DNA of 64,000 nt from Vulcanimicrobiota bacterium (lineage in GTDB: Bacteria > Vulcanimicrobiota > Xenobia > Xenobiales > JADMJV01): the NCBI GenBank assembly GCA_050250895.1, contig JBFWNU010000001.1, forward strand, positions 2,756,891 to 2,820,890. The letters run 5' to 3'. A program made the position numbers and the translations under genes. The notes below the pieces were generated by a model that was given only the letters and a program-made list of their open reading frames with translations, was not told the DNA's origin and did no database searches. Within the stretch, counting starts at the first letter, position 1. Each line of letters begins with the position of its first letter. Below, one piece after another: positions 19,508-29,809 of the stretch.

Positions 19508-20383
19508 CTACATATCGTCGAGAGCTTTGTCGACCATCTGGTTGTAGTCTTTGACCACGTCGACCGAGCTACTGACGGCTTCACCATAGCCTTTGGTGTA
19601 GCCTTTGTAGGCGCCGGTGGCGATGCCGTAGACGGCTCCGCCGACCAGACCCAGCGGGGTGGCGATCACGGCCGCGACTGGTAGCAGGGCGCTGCCGACG
19701 ACTTTCAAGGGCAGGCTGGCCTCGCTGCTCCACATCTCGTCATAGCACTTGAAGAGGGCGCGAGGGGTGTGGAGCAGGGTCACGGCGCCGATGCCGAGAC
19801 CGTCGACCACACCAGCGGTGGCGCCGGCGGCCAGGCCTTTGGCGCCGCCCGCGATGCTGATGTCGAAAGGCTCTTCGCCGGGCTCGAGTTCGTCGGTCTC
19901 ATACTCCTGCAGCTCCTTGACCAGCTTGCCGGCCAGATCCGTGTGGAAGGTCTTCACGTCTTCGACGCCTTGTTTGACAGCGCCGCCGAAGCCGTTCTCG
20001 ATGCCCTCGGTGAAGCCGCGATAAAGGCCGAAACCGGCCGAGCCCAAAGCGGTCAGAACCGGAGCGGCGATGACGGCGGCGGGCAGGGTGAGGGCGATGC
20101 AGGTCTTGATGACCGGACCCAGCTGAGGGGTGGCGAACAGCGCTTTATAGGCGTGATAGGTGGCTTTCGGGGCGTTGATGATCGAGGAGGCGGTGTTGCC
20201 GACCGTCTCGATGCCGGCTACGGCTACGGCCGCGCCGAGGCCCGTGAAGGCCTGGCCCCAGGTAACTTTGTCTTCGTCCACGCCCTGGCTGCTGATGGGG
20301 GCGTCCTGGGGAGCCGGGGCAGGTTTGTTGGCGCTCAGAGTGCGCGCGTAGGCGTTGTTATAAGGAAGTGTGGTGACAGTCAT
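19508..20383 (-). CDS. Hypothetical Gly/Ala-rich membrane-associated protein with internal duplication
   Basis: GGAGGG SD; two similar halves (PKATY..KT..LPAAVIAAPV..GLYRG and PRALF..KV..LPVAAVIATPL..GIATG). Confidence 0.8.
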   Translation of the reverse strand: MTVTTLPYNNAYARTLSANKPAPAPQDAPISSQGVDEDKVTWGQAFTGLGAAVAVAGIETVGNTASSIINAPKATYHAYKALFATPQLGPVIKTCIALTLPAAVIAAPVLTALGSAGFGLYRGFTEGIENGFGGAVKQGVEDVKTFHTDLAGKLVKELQEYETDELEPGEEPFDISIAGGAKGLAAGATAGVVDGLGIGAVTLLHTPRALFKCYDEMWSSEASLPLKVVGSALLPVAAVIATPLGLVGGAVYGIATGAYKGYTKGYGEAVSSSVDVVKDYNQMVDKALDDM

Positions 20384-20619
20384 TTGGTGTATTCCCTCCG
20401 AATACTGTATGTATTTTTGTATTTCAGAATCTGAGGCACGGTTGGCGGACCGGGCACCAGGCGAAATCATTTGCTTGCGTTCCTGTCTTATCAACCGCAT
20501 ATGGCCGCTCTATTGCGCTGTTGTTAAAAGTGGGACACGTTTGGCATCTCGGCCGCGGCGGGTATATCTACGGGACTACGCGAGGTCGCTGCCGCGGCCC
20601 GATCTGGAGGAAAAATTAA

Positions 20620-21240
20620 ATGGCAACCAAGACCGCTTTTGAGCTTCCCGCGCTCCCTTACGCTCACAACGCCCTCGAGCCTCACATCGACGCTCGGACC
20701 ATGGAAATTCACCACGGCAAGCATCACGCCGGCTATGTGACCAAGCTCAACGCAGCCCTGGAAGGTCACGCCAACCTGCAGGCCATGAGTATCGAAGAGC
20801 TGATGAGCAAACTCAACGAGGTGCCCGAGTCGATTCGCACGCCTGTGCGCAACAACGGTGGCGGCCACGCCAACCATTCACTCTTCTGGCAGATTATGGG
20901 TCCCGCCGCCGGCGGCGCTCCCAGCGGCAAGCTTGGCGACGCCATCAAGGCAGCCTTTGGTAGCTTCGACAACTTCAAAGAGAAGTTCGCCGACGCCGCC
21001 GCCTCTCGCTTCGGTAGCGGTTGGGCCTGGCTGGTGGTCAACAACGGCAAGCTCGAAGTGATGTCGACTCCCAATCAGGACACCCCCCTGATGGAAGGCA
21101 AGACCCCCATCCTGGGGTTGGACGTGTGGGAACACGCCTACTATCTGAACTATCAGAACCGCCGCCCTGACTACATCTCCGCCTTCTGGAATGTGGTCAA
21201 CTGGGCCAAGGTGGCCGAGAACTTCGAATCAACAAAGTAA
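20620..21240 (+). CDS. sodA: Superoxide dismutase, Mn-type
   Basis: [26 protein letters not shown] and DVWEHAYY motifs. Confidence 0.97.
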   Translation: MATKTAFELPALPYAHNALEPHIDARTMEIHHGKHHAGYVTKLNAALEGHANLQAMSIEELMSKLNEVPESIRTPVRNNGGGHANHSLFWQIMGPAAGGAPSGKLGDAIKAAFGSFDNFKEKFADAAASRFGSGWAWLVVNNGKLEVMSTPNQDTPLMEGKTPILGLDVWEHAYYLNYQNRRPDYISAFWNVVNWAKVAENFESTK

Positions 21241-21263
21241 CCTATATCGGCGGCTCCCCGACC

Positions 21264-21299
21264 CAGGAAGACCTTTCCCCCGGGGGAAAGGTCTTCCTG
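21264..21299. terminator. Perfect 36-bp palindrome after sodA, terminator-like
   Basis: CAGGAAGACCTTTCCCCC/GGGGGAAAGGTCTTCCTG; no clear U-tract. Confidence 0.6.
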
Positions 21300-21535
21300 C
21301 GTTAAGAAAGTCACGTCCCGCCCTCGGGTGACCGGTGTTTTCCGTTGGTCAGTCGGGGCGAACTTCCTTTCGGGTTCAGGGGGATTCCGCCCCGTATTGA
21401 TAGAAATTCACCTTGCCCACGTTGCCCTGAGGCAGGCCCAGAGTCCTCGGATTTGCAGGAGCCGTATGCCCGCGTCAGAAACGCTTCGTGCGGTAGGGGA
21501 GTAGATGAAAGGCCGGTTGAGTTCCCCGAAAAAGG

Positions 21536-24500
21536 GTGCCCAAGTGGTCGGTTGGCATTTTGGCGGACGAAACGAAAACGGTACGTAAGAGACCGAAAGA
21601 GGCGGAGGTAGAAGCTCCCGGCTCTAGGGCCGAGGAGATTCTTGCTGCCTACAAGCGTTCCCAAATCACGGCCAAAAAGCTCAAGATCCGTCTTGACAAG
21701 GTCAGCGCCCAGGCCAAGGATTACAAGCGCGAACTGGCCGAAATGGAGCGCGAGCAAAAGCGCAACGCCGCCACCATCGCCCGCCTCGAGAAAGAGCTGG
21801 CCAGCGGCGAGGGCGGGGGCGGATCCGGTCGAGAAGCGGCCCTGACCGCCAAGCTCGAAGCCTCGCGACGTAACAACGCCAAGCTCAAAGACGCTTATCA
21901 GGCCAAATCCGAGAAGGTGGCCGAGCTGACGGCTGCCAACAAGCGCCTGGAAAAGGCCGTCAAAGGCGATTCGAGTCAGCTGGCCGCCGAGGTCAAGCGG
22001 CTCGAAGAGTTGCTGGCTCAAGCTAGCGGTGGCGCCGATCCCGAAGAACTCGACGAACTCAAACTTCAACTCGAGGCCCACCAGGATCTACTGTCGGAGG
22101 CCGAGCTGCGCGTGGCCGAACTCGACGAGGGCCTGGCCGAACGCGATGCCAAGGTTTCTGAACTCGAGCGCAAGGTGGCCGGGCTCGATAGCCAGCTGGC
22201 GGTTCAAGAGGGCAAGATCGAGCTGCTCGAGAGCGAACTCTCGGGGGCCACCGCCACCGCCACGCAAGAGAAGGAGGCGGCCGAAGAGCTGCGCTCGGAA
22301 CTCGAGTCGTCCACCCTCCTCATCGCCGATCTCGAGGGCCTGCTCAACGAGCAGGAGACCCGCATCAGCCAGCTGGAAATCGAGTTGACCGAGCGCGAGG
22401 CCGCGCTGGTCGAGGCTCAGAGCGATCTCAAAGAGACGGCCGAGAAGCAGCTGGCCACCGTCGAGGCCAAGCTAGCCCACAAAGAGGGCCAGCTGGAAAT
22501 GCTCGAGAGCGAGTTCGCCGGCGCCAAGTCTCGGGTCGAGGAGCTGCAGGAGGAGCTCGAAGCCCAGAATTCGCTGACCGGCGAGCTAGAAGAGCTTCTC
22601 AACGCCAAAGACCAGGAACTGGAAGAGCTGGCCGCCGAGTTCGATGCCGCTACCAGCAAGGTCGAAGAACTCGAAGAGACGGCAGCCGCCCGCACGGCCG
22701 AAGTGGAAGCTCTCGAGCAGAGCATCGGTGAGCTTCAGGCCGAGCTTAAGACCTCGCAGGAGCTACTGGCCAAAGAAAAGTCCGAACGCGACAGCGACCG
22801 CCAGAATATCGCTCGACTCGAGGCCAAGCACAAGCGCAGCGAAGAGGTGCTCGAGACGGTCAAGAACCGCTACGAGCAGCTGCGCGAGGCACTCAAAGCT
22901 CATAAAGAGAAGGCTCTCACCCTCAAAGAGCACCTGGTGGCTGCCCTCGAGCGAGCCGAGGGCGCCGAAAGGCGGGCCGAAGAACTCGAGCGCCAGAAGG
23001 GTCAGCTCGAGAGCCAGTTGACCACCCTCAAGGGCACCCTCGCCGACACCGAGAATCGGGCCGAGGAGCTGGAAGGGACCCTGCTCGACACCGAGTCCGA
23101 GCGGGCTCAGGCGGCCTTTCGGGTCGAAGAACTCGAAGAACAGCTGGCCACCAGCAAAGCCGAGGTCGACGAGCTCGCTACCGAGCTTACGGCCGTCCAG
23201 GACGCCAAGAGCCTCAGTGAGGACCGGCTGGCCGAACTCGAGCCAGAACTCGAAGAAACTCGAGCCCTGTTGGATGAGGCCCTGGCCACCTCAGAAGAAG
23301 CCAGCCTGAAAGTGGTCGAACTCGAACAGTCCAAGAACGAGGCCGAGGCGGCTCTTGAAGAACTCAGAACGGAATTGGTGTCGGCTCAGGAGGAAGTCAG
23401 CTCGCTAACCGAGGCTCTCGACACCACCGACGAGCAACTCAACGGGGCTCAACAAGAGATCGAGACCCTGCAGGCGCAGCGGGACAAGCTCGACGAGGAT
23501 CTCAACCTTTCCCTGGGGCGCGAGCAAGAGCTCAACTCGAGGCTGGCCATCGAGGGACGCAAAGTGGCCAAGCTCGAGGCCGCCTTCAACGAAGCCAGAA
23601 CCAAGCTTCAGACGGCAGTCGGCAAATATGCGGCCATCAAAGAGACGGTCTTTCACAAGCAGACTCGCCTGGATGAACTCAAGGTCGCCCTCGATCAGGC
23701 CACCAGCGAACGCGACGCCAGGACCCAGCAGCTAGAAGCCCTCCAAGAGAGGGTGGTCGAGCTCGAGGCCCTCATCGAAGTGGGTCAGCAAGAGCAAGAG
23801 CTTTTGCGCAACGAGCTGAGCGAAGCCAACGAAATCATCGCCGAGCGAGCCTCTCAGGTCGAAGGGCTCGAGAACGAACTGGCCGACCGTGACGCGGCCG
23901 CCGAGGACATGGCCACCACGCTCGAGTCTCACGAGCAAGAGATCGAGCGCCTGACCGAAGAGGTCGAGCGGCTGGCCCAGGCCGAGACCGAGCTGGCCGA
24001 GATACGCCTGGAGTTCGAAGCGGCTTTGCTCGAGGTCGCCCAACTGGGCGAGACCATCGAAGCGCAGGCCGAGCAGCTGCAAGAGAAAGACCAGGAGCTG
24101 AGCGCGCGCGCCGAGCGGGTGAGCCGCCTCGAGGGCGGATTGTCCGACGCGGCCACTAAGTTGAAAGCGGCCAAGGAGCGGATCGCCGCTCTCGACGCCG
24201 AGTTGCGCAAGGCCGTCGATAAGCATCGGCGTCAGGCGGAAGAGCTCAACCGCCGCTCGCGCCAATTGACCGAGATGGAGGCGCGGCTGGCCCAGACCAC
24301 CGAAGGGGTCCATGCCAAAGACACCCTGCTCGAGCAGGTGCAGTCGCGCCTCGAGGCCGGCCATTCTCAGGTCGAAGAGCTGCAGGCCGAGCTGGCTAGC
24401 CGCGAGGCAGAACTCGAGGACCTCAACTTCGAACTCGAGCGGCTGGGCGAGCTGGAAGAGGTTCTGGTCAAGAAAGAAGACGAACTCGAGCGCCTGCATG

Positions 24501-27500
24501 CCCAGCTCGAGACGCTCAAAACCGAGATGGCCACGTCGCAGGCCGAGGCGGCCGAGCGCGAAACCGGTCTGCGCGCACAGATTCGCGAGCTGACCCAGGA
24601 GCTGACTTCGGTTCGCGAACGCACCCAGGCCTCGGCTGTCCAGGTCGAGGAGCTGGCTCGCGAGCACGATCAGGTCAACACCGAGGTCGAAGAGCTACGC
24701 GAGGCTCTCCAGGTCTCGCAGGACGAGTATGCGGACCTGACCCTGGCCATGCAAAAGGTCGAGGAAGAGCTGGCCGCGGCCCAGGAGAAGGTGGAGCGGC
24801 TCACCGCCAGTCAGGGCGATTCTAGCCAACAGAACCAGCAGCTGAGCGAGCAATTGCGAATCGAGACGATCAAGGTCCAGAAGCTGCAGGCGGCTCTCAC
24901 CGACAACCACGAAAAGCTCAAGACGGTAGCCGGCAAGTATACCGTCATCAAAGAGACCGTCTTTCAGAAACAGGCCAAGCTCGACGAGACGCGGGCCGAA
25001 CTGCAGGCGGCCCACCAAGAGCAAGAGGCCTCGCGCCAGAAGAGCGAGGCTCTGGCCGCTCGGGTGGAAGAACTCGAGATCGCGCTAGCCACCTCGGAAG
25101 AAGAACTCAAGCTTTTACGCGAGCAGGTCGAGATGGGCGGCCAACAGATCGAAGACCAGGGCCTCGAACTCGAAGAGAGCCAGACCGTGCTGAGCCAGCT
25201 CGAGCACGAACTCAGTGAGCGCCAGGACATCATTGGGGAACTCGAGCAAGCCCTCGAGGGCCGCGAGTCGGAACTGGCCGAGCTCAACCTCGAATTGGAG
25301 CGGCTGGCCGAAGTCGAGGCCCGGTCCCATGAGCTGCAAGAGGTCTCGCGCCAGGCCCGGGAAGAATCCGCCCAGCTCCAGCAAGAGGTGGCCACCCAGC
25401 GGGCCCGCATCGCGTTTCTCGAACAAGAGCTGACCGACGCCCGCAATCTGGCCGAGACCTCGGACGTCAAGGCCAGCAATCTGCAGCAAGAACTCTCCTC
25501 GCGCATCGGGAGGCTCAAGAAGCTCGAGAACCAGTTGGGCAGCGCCGCCGCCAAACTCAAAGCGGCCAAGCGTCGTATTGGCGACCTCGAGGCCGCCTAC
25601 TCGACCACCACCGGCAAGGCTCGCGAACTGGCCGACGAGCTGCAAGCCAGGGCCCGCCGCATGGGAACTCTCGAGGCCCGTATCGCCGAACTCGAAGAGG
25701 CCCGCGGTCAGAGCGACGGCGAACTGACCGAGCTGCGGACTCGACTGGAGGCAAGTCAGAATCGGGTCCAGGAGCTCCAGACCCAGCTCGATGCTCGCGA
25801 CAGCGATTTGGACGAGCTTTCCCAGGAGCTGGCTCGCCTGGGCGATCAAGAACTCGAGAGCCAGTTCGAGTTGGGCACCGCTCAGGAAGAGGTCGAGAAG
25901 CTCAAGGGCCAGATCGAGACTTTGACGGCCGAACGAGACCAGGCCGTGGCCCAGATCGAAGGGGCTCGCAACCAGGCCGAAACCGCCGATTTGCGGGCCT
26001 CCCACCTCAAAGACGAGCTGTCGGAGCGGGTAGGCAAGTTGGGCAAGCTCGAACGAGCCCTGGGCGAGGCCGCTGCCAAGCTCAACAAGGCCAAGAGTCA
26101 CATCGCCAACCTGGAAGAGACGCTGGGCGCCACCGTAGAGAAGTGTAAGGAACTCGGGGCCGAGGCTCGCGGTCGCGGCCAGCGGGCCGAGCGCCTGGAG
26201 CAACTGCTGGTCGAGGCCCGCGAACAAGCCAAGGATGCTATTGAAGCCAGGGTCCGGCTCGAGGAAGAACTCAACGACGCTCGCCGCAAGACCGTCGAAC
26301 TCAACTCTCTGCTGGGTAGCCGTTCTTCCAGTGTGGGCGAGCTGGAAGAGCAGTTGGCCGAGAAAGAAGCCCTGGTGGTCGACCTCGAGCAGATGCTCGA
26401 GTCGCGCGACGCCGAGCTTGAAGATATGTCGGCCGAGCTGGCTGCCCTGGGGGGACTCGAGGACGAGCTTGGCAATCTGCGCAACGAGCTGGAGAAAGAG
26501 CGCGAGTCGAATCAGGAGTTGAACTCGCAGCTCGAGCAGACCCAGGCCACCGTCAGTCGCCTGGAAGGCGAACTGGCCGAAGCCGAGAACCGCCAGATGG
26601 CGGCCGAGCTTACGGCTAAGAACCTCAAGGAGCAGCTGAGTTCGAGGCTGGCCCGGGTGGACAAACTCGAGCAAGGCCTGGGGGCGGCCGCCTCGCGATT
26701 GAAGCTGGCCAAAGCCCGCATCGACGAACTCGAGACCCAACTGCAGGCGAGCGTGGCCGAGGCCGGTGAGGCCCGCAGTCAGGCCACCAGCTTCAAAGCG
26801 GAACTGCAACAGTCTACCCGCAAGATTCACGCCCTCGAAGAAGGCCTTTCCAATTCGCAGCAAAGCCTGCATCGGCTCGAAGAGAAGCTGGCCCGCCGCA
26901 ATCAGCGCATTGAAGAACTCGAAGAGGCGCTCACCCACAAGGCCTCGGAGATCTCGCATCTCAATACCGAAGTGCTCGATTTGGCCGAGCTGCAGGGTCG
27001 GCTCGAGAGCCTGGGCGAGCAACTCGAGCGGCGCAACCGCCAGATCCAGGAGACCCGCAACGAACTCGAGCAGAGCCAGAACCGGGTCAAGGAACTCGAG
27101 GATGATCTGGCCGTGGCTCAAGATGCGGCCGAGACCGCCGAGCTGCAGAATACCAATCTGCGCGAAGAACTCTCTTCTCGGGTCGAGAAACTATCGCGCC
27201 TGGAAGGTGCCCTGGGCCAGGCGGCCGCCAAGCTCAAGACGGCCAAGAGTCGTATTGGCGAACTGGAAGGCTCGCGTTCTCAGGCCCTGGAGCGCTGTCG
27301 CGAACTCGAGCGTGAGGTGACCGAGCGCTCCAGTCTGCTAGCTCGTCTGCGGGCTGAACTCTCCAGAGCCACCACCGCCCAGGACAAGCTCGAGCGAGCC
27401 AAATTGATCGTCAACGAACTGCGCGACCGGCTCGTCCTCGAGCAACGCCAGCGCCGCGACCTTGAGCAAGAACTCGAAGGGCGGGCCACTCGCATCGCCC

Positions 27501-29809
27501 AACTCGAGGCCCGCCTGTCTTCCGATTCGGGCGAGACCGACCAGGAACTGGGCGTGCTGCGGGGGCGTCTGGCCGAAGTCGAGGCCCGACTCGAGTCGCG
27601 CACTCGCTCGCTGGATACCCTGCGCCACGAGCTCAACGAGCGCGAGGAAGTGATTCGTGATCTGACAGCTACCCTCGAGAGTCGCGAGCTCGAAATGGAA
27701 GGCCTGTCGGAAGAGTTGGCTAACCTCGATCGGCTCGAGACCGAGGTGAGCGGGCTCAAAGAGCGGCTCGAACGTTCTCTGCAAGAGAAGGCCGGCCTCG
27801 AGGCCGAAACGCGCGAGCGCGAGCTAGAACTGCACACGCTGCGCAGCGAACTGGCCGAGGTTCGAGGCCGCTCCGACTCCGAAGACGTGCGCGTGACCAG
27901 TCTGCAAGACGAGCTGGCCTCGCGACTCGAGCGTATTTCCAAGCTCGAGAAAGGCCTGGGCGCGGCTGCTTCCAAGCTGCAGGTGGCCAAGCGACGCATT
28001 CTCGAACTCGAGGAGAAGGTTCAGAAGGCTAGCGAGCAAGCCCTGACGACCAACGAGAAGACCACCGAGGCCAGCGAGCGGCTGGTGGCGGCTGAAGCCA
28101 GGGTACGTGAGCTGTCGGCCAACCTGCAGAAGAAGGAGCAGGCTCTGGCCACCCTGGAAGCTCGCCTGGAGCAGAAAGAGGCAGCCGTTGACGAGCTGGA
28201 GGCAGTCGCCCGTCAGCGCGAGCAGCGCATCGATGAACTCACGCGGGCGCTGGCTGAGAATTCGCAGGCGGCCGTCGGTAGCCCCCAGCTCGAAGAAGAG
28301 CTGACCAACCTCAAGCTTTCCGAGCAGCGCCAACGCGAGCAGCTCGAGCAGCAACAGGCGCGTCTGCGCCAGCTCGAAGAGCAGTTAGCCGAGGCCCAGC
28401 GAGCTGCCGAGACGGCCGACCTGCGCACCAATCACCTGGCCTCCGAGCTGGGCGGCCGCTCCGAGCGAGTGACCCGGCTCGAAGAGGCCCTGGGGACCGC
28501 CGCCGCCAAACTCAAAGCCGCCAAGAAGCGCCTCGATGAGCTGCAAGAAGCGCGTCGCAAGAGCCTTGAAGAGGTTCGTCGCCTGGAGGACGTGGTGCTC
28601 GAGCGCGACAGCGCCCTGGCTCGCCACCAGACCGAGAAGTCCGAACTCGAAGCCAGACTCGAGCGCCTGGGCCAGGAGCGACAGCAGTTGCAGGCCGAGC
28701 TGCAGAAAGCCACGGCCGCCAAAGTTCAATCCGAGAGTCTGCTGGCCAGCCAGGGAGCCGGTGAAGACGCCCTGCAGCAGCAGCTGGCCGAGAAGACCGG
28801 TCTGGTCAATACTCTCGAAGCCCGGTTGCAAGAGCGTCTCGACGAGAATGCCCGGCTGGTGGCCGAGATCGACCGCCTGGCCGAGGTCGAGACCGAACTC
28901 GAAGACCTGCGCGCCCAGTTCGAGGCCCAGCGCCAACGCAACCAGCGTCTCGAGCAAGAGCTGGCTGCTCGTGAAAACGAGATGGCCGAACTCGAGACCG
29001 AGGTGCACACTCTTCATCAGAGCACCGAGACGACCGACCTCAAGGCCGAAGACCTCAGGGCCGAACTCGACCAGCGGGACCAGGCCATTCGGCGCCTGGA
29101 GGGCGAGCTGGGCGAGGCCAACTCTCGCCTCAAATTGGCCGACACCCGAGTCGACCATCTCGAGCAAGCCCTGGGCGCCAGCCAGCAAAAGGTGCGCAGC
29201 CTCGACGAAGCCCTGGCACTGGCCCAAAAGCAGTCTCAAGACACGTCGGCTCTCGACGACCTGAACTTCCGCCTCACTCAGGTCACCACCCAGCTGGCCG
29301 AGACCGAAGAGGCCTGGTTCGCCAGTCAGTTTCAGGTGGAAGAGTTGCAGAATCTGCTGGATGAGCGCGAGCAAGAAATCGAAGAACTGCGCGAAGAGGC
29401 CGGTCGTAATACCGATCTGGAGGGCCGGCTGGGCGAAACGCTGGCTGCCGCCGAAGAGCGCGAGAGAAGGCTGCGCGAACAGCTGGAGGCCCGCGACCTG
29501 GATCTCGAAGATATGGAATCCGAACTCGCCCACAATCTCGATCGGGCCGAGACGGCCGAGCTTCAGGCCAGCAATCTTCAGGAAGAGCTGTCGGTTCGTT
29601 TGGGCCGAATTGCCAAGCTCGAGAGTAACCTCGGCGCGGCTAAGGGTAAATTGAATGAGGCGCGCGAGAGAATCGCTCAGCTCGAGGAGCAGCTGGCTAA
29701 CGCCGGTGGCAAGCACCAATCGATGGAATCGCAACTGGTCGAACTCAACCGGTTGCGCGGACGAGTTCAAGAGCTAGAAGAATCGCAGGCGCGACTGGAG
29801 GCGAGATGA
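21536..29809 (+). CDS. Giant coiled-coil protein (about 2750 aa) with periodic basic motifs
   Basis: Continuous E/L/A/R/Q heptads with almost no Pro; alternative start TTG 21560. Confidence 0.92.
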   Translation: MPKWSVGILADETKTVRKRPKEAEVEAPGSRAEEILAAYKRSQITAKKLKIRLDKVSAQAKDYKRELAEMEREQKRNAATIARLEKELASGEGGGGSGREAALTAKLEASRRNNAKLKDAYQAKSEKVAELTAANKRLEKAVKGDSSQLAAEVKRLEELLAQASGGADPEELDELKLQLEAHQDLLSEAELRVAELDEGLAERDAKVSELERKVAGLDSQLAVQEGKIELLESELSGATATATQEKEAAEELRSELESSTLLIADLEGLLNEQETRISQLEIELTEREAALVEAQSDLKETAEKQLATVEAKLAHKEGQLEMLESEFAGAKSRVEELQEELEAQNSLTGELEELLNAKDQELEELAAEFDAATSKVEELEETAAARTAEVEALEQSIGELQAELKTSQELLAKEKSERDSDRQNIARLEAKHKRSEEVLETVKNRYEQLREALKAHKEKALTLKEHLVAALERAEGAERRAEELERQKGQLESQLTTLKGTLADTENRAEELEGTLLDTESERAQAAFRVEELEEQLATSKAEVDELATELTAVQDAKSLSEDRLAELEPELEETRALLDEALATSEEASLKVVELEQSKNEAEAALEELRTELVSAQEEVSSLTEALDTTDEQLNGAQQEIETLQAQRDKLDEDLNLSLGREQELNSRLAIEGRKVAKLEAAFNEARTKLQTAVGKYAAIKETVFHKQTRLDELKVALDQATSERDARTQQLEALQERVVELEALIEVGQQEQELLRNELSEANEIIAERASQVEGLENELADRDAAAEDMATTLESHEQEIERLTEEVERLAQAETELAEIRLEFEAALLEVAQLGETIEAQAEQLQEKDQELSARAERVSRLEGGLSDAATKLKAAKERIAALDAELRKAVDKHRRQAEELNRRSRQLTEMEARLAQTTEGVHAKDTLLEQVQSRLEAGHSQVEELQAELASREAELEDLNFELERLGELEEVLVKKEDELERLHAQLETLKTEMATSQAEAAERETGLRAQIRELTQELTSVRERTQASAVQVEELAREHDQVNTEVEELREALQVSQDEYADLTLAMQKVEEELAAAQEKVERLTASQGDSSQQNQQLSEQLRIETIKVQKLQAALTDNHEKLKTVAGKYTVIKETVFQKQAKLDETRAELQAAHQEQEASRQKSEALAARVEELEIALATSEEELKLLREQVEMGGQQIEDQGLELEESQTVLSQLEHELSERQDIIGELEQALEGRESELAELNLELERLAEVEARSHELQEVSRQAREESAQLQQEVATQRARIAFLEQELTDARNLAETSDVKASNLQQELSSRIGRLKKLENQLGSAAAKLKAAKRRIGDLEAAYSTTTGKARELADELQARARRMGTLEARIAELEEARGQSDGELTELRTRLEASQNRVQELQTQLDARDSDLDELSQELARLGDQELESQFELGTAQEEVEKLKGQIETLTAERDQAVAQIEGARNQAETADLRASHLKDELSERVGKLGKLERALGEAAAKLNKAKSHIANLEETLGATVEKCKELGAEARGRGQRAERLEQLLVEAREQAKDAIEARVRLEEELNDARRKTVELNSLLGSRSSSVGELEEQLAEKEALVVDLEQMLESRDAELEDMSAELAALGGLEDELGNLRNELEKERESNQELNSQLEQTQATVSRLEGELAEAENRQMAAELTAKNLKEQLSSRLARVDKLEQGLGAAASRLKLAKARIDELETQLQASVAEAGEARSQATSFKAELQQSTRKIHALEEGLSNSQQSLHRLEEKLARRNQRIEELEEALTHKASEISHLNTEVLDLAELQGRLESLGEQLERRNRQIQETRNELEQSQNRVKELEDDLAVAQDAAETAELQNTNLREELSSRVEKLSRLEGALGQAAAKLKTAKSRIGELEGSRSQALERCRELEREVTERSSLLARLRAELSRATTAQDKLERAKLIVNELRDRLVLEQRQRRDLEQELEGRATRIAQLEARLSSDSGETDQELGVLRGRLAEVEARLESRTRSLDTLRHELNEREEVIRDLTATLESRELEMEGLSEELANLDRLETEVSGLKERLERSLQEKAGLEAETRERELELHTLRSELAEVRGRSDSEDVRVTSLQDELASRLERISKLEKGLGAAASKLQVAKRRILELEEKVQKASEQALTTNEKTTEASERLVAAEARVRELSANLQKKEQALATLEARLEQKEAAVDELEAVARQREQRIDELTRALAENSQAAVGSPQLEEELTNLKLSEQRQREQLEQQQARLRQLEEQLAEAQRAAETADLRTNHLASELGGRSERVTRLEEALGTAAAKLKAAKKRLDELQEARRKSLEEVRRLEDVVLERDSALARHQTEKSELEARLERLGQERQQLQAELQKATAAKVQSESLLASQGAGEDALQQQLAEKTGLVNTLEARLQERLDENARLVAEIDRLAEVETELEDLRAQFEAQRQRNQRLEQELAARENEMAELETEVHTLHQSTETTDLKAEDLRAELDQRDQAIRRLEGELGEANSRLKLADTRVDHLEQALGASQQKVRSLDEALALAQKQSQDTSALDDLNFRLTQVTTQLAETEEAWFASQFQVEELQNLLDEREQEIEELREEAGRNTDLEGRLGETLAAAEERERRLREQLEARDLDLEDMESELAHNLDRAETAELQASNLQEELSVRLGRIAKLESNLGAAKGKLNEARERIAQLEEQLANAGGKHQSMESQLVELNRLRGRVQELEESQARLEAR

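Noticed and set aside
21300-21535. c-di-GMP or other riboswitch upstream of the coiled-coil gene
   Set aside because: Only a GAAA-like hairpin; the conserved aptamer elements could not be matched.
21536-29809. SMC/SbcC or phage tape-measure protein
   Set aside because: No Walker A/B or hinge domain, and no phage genes nearby.
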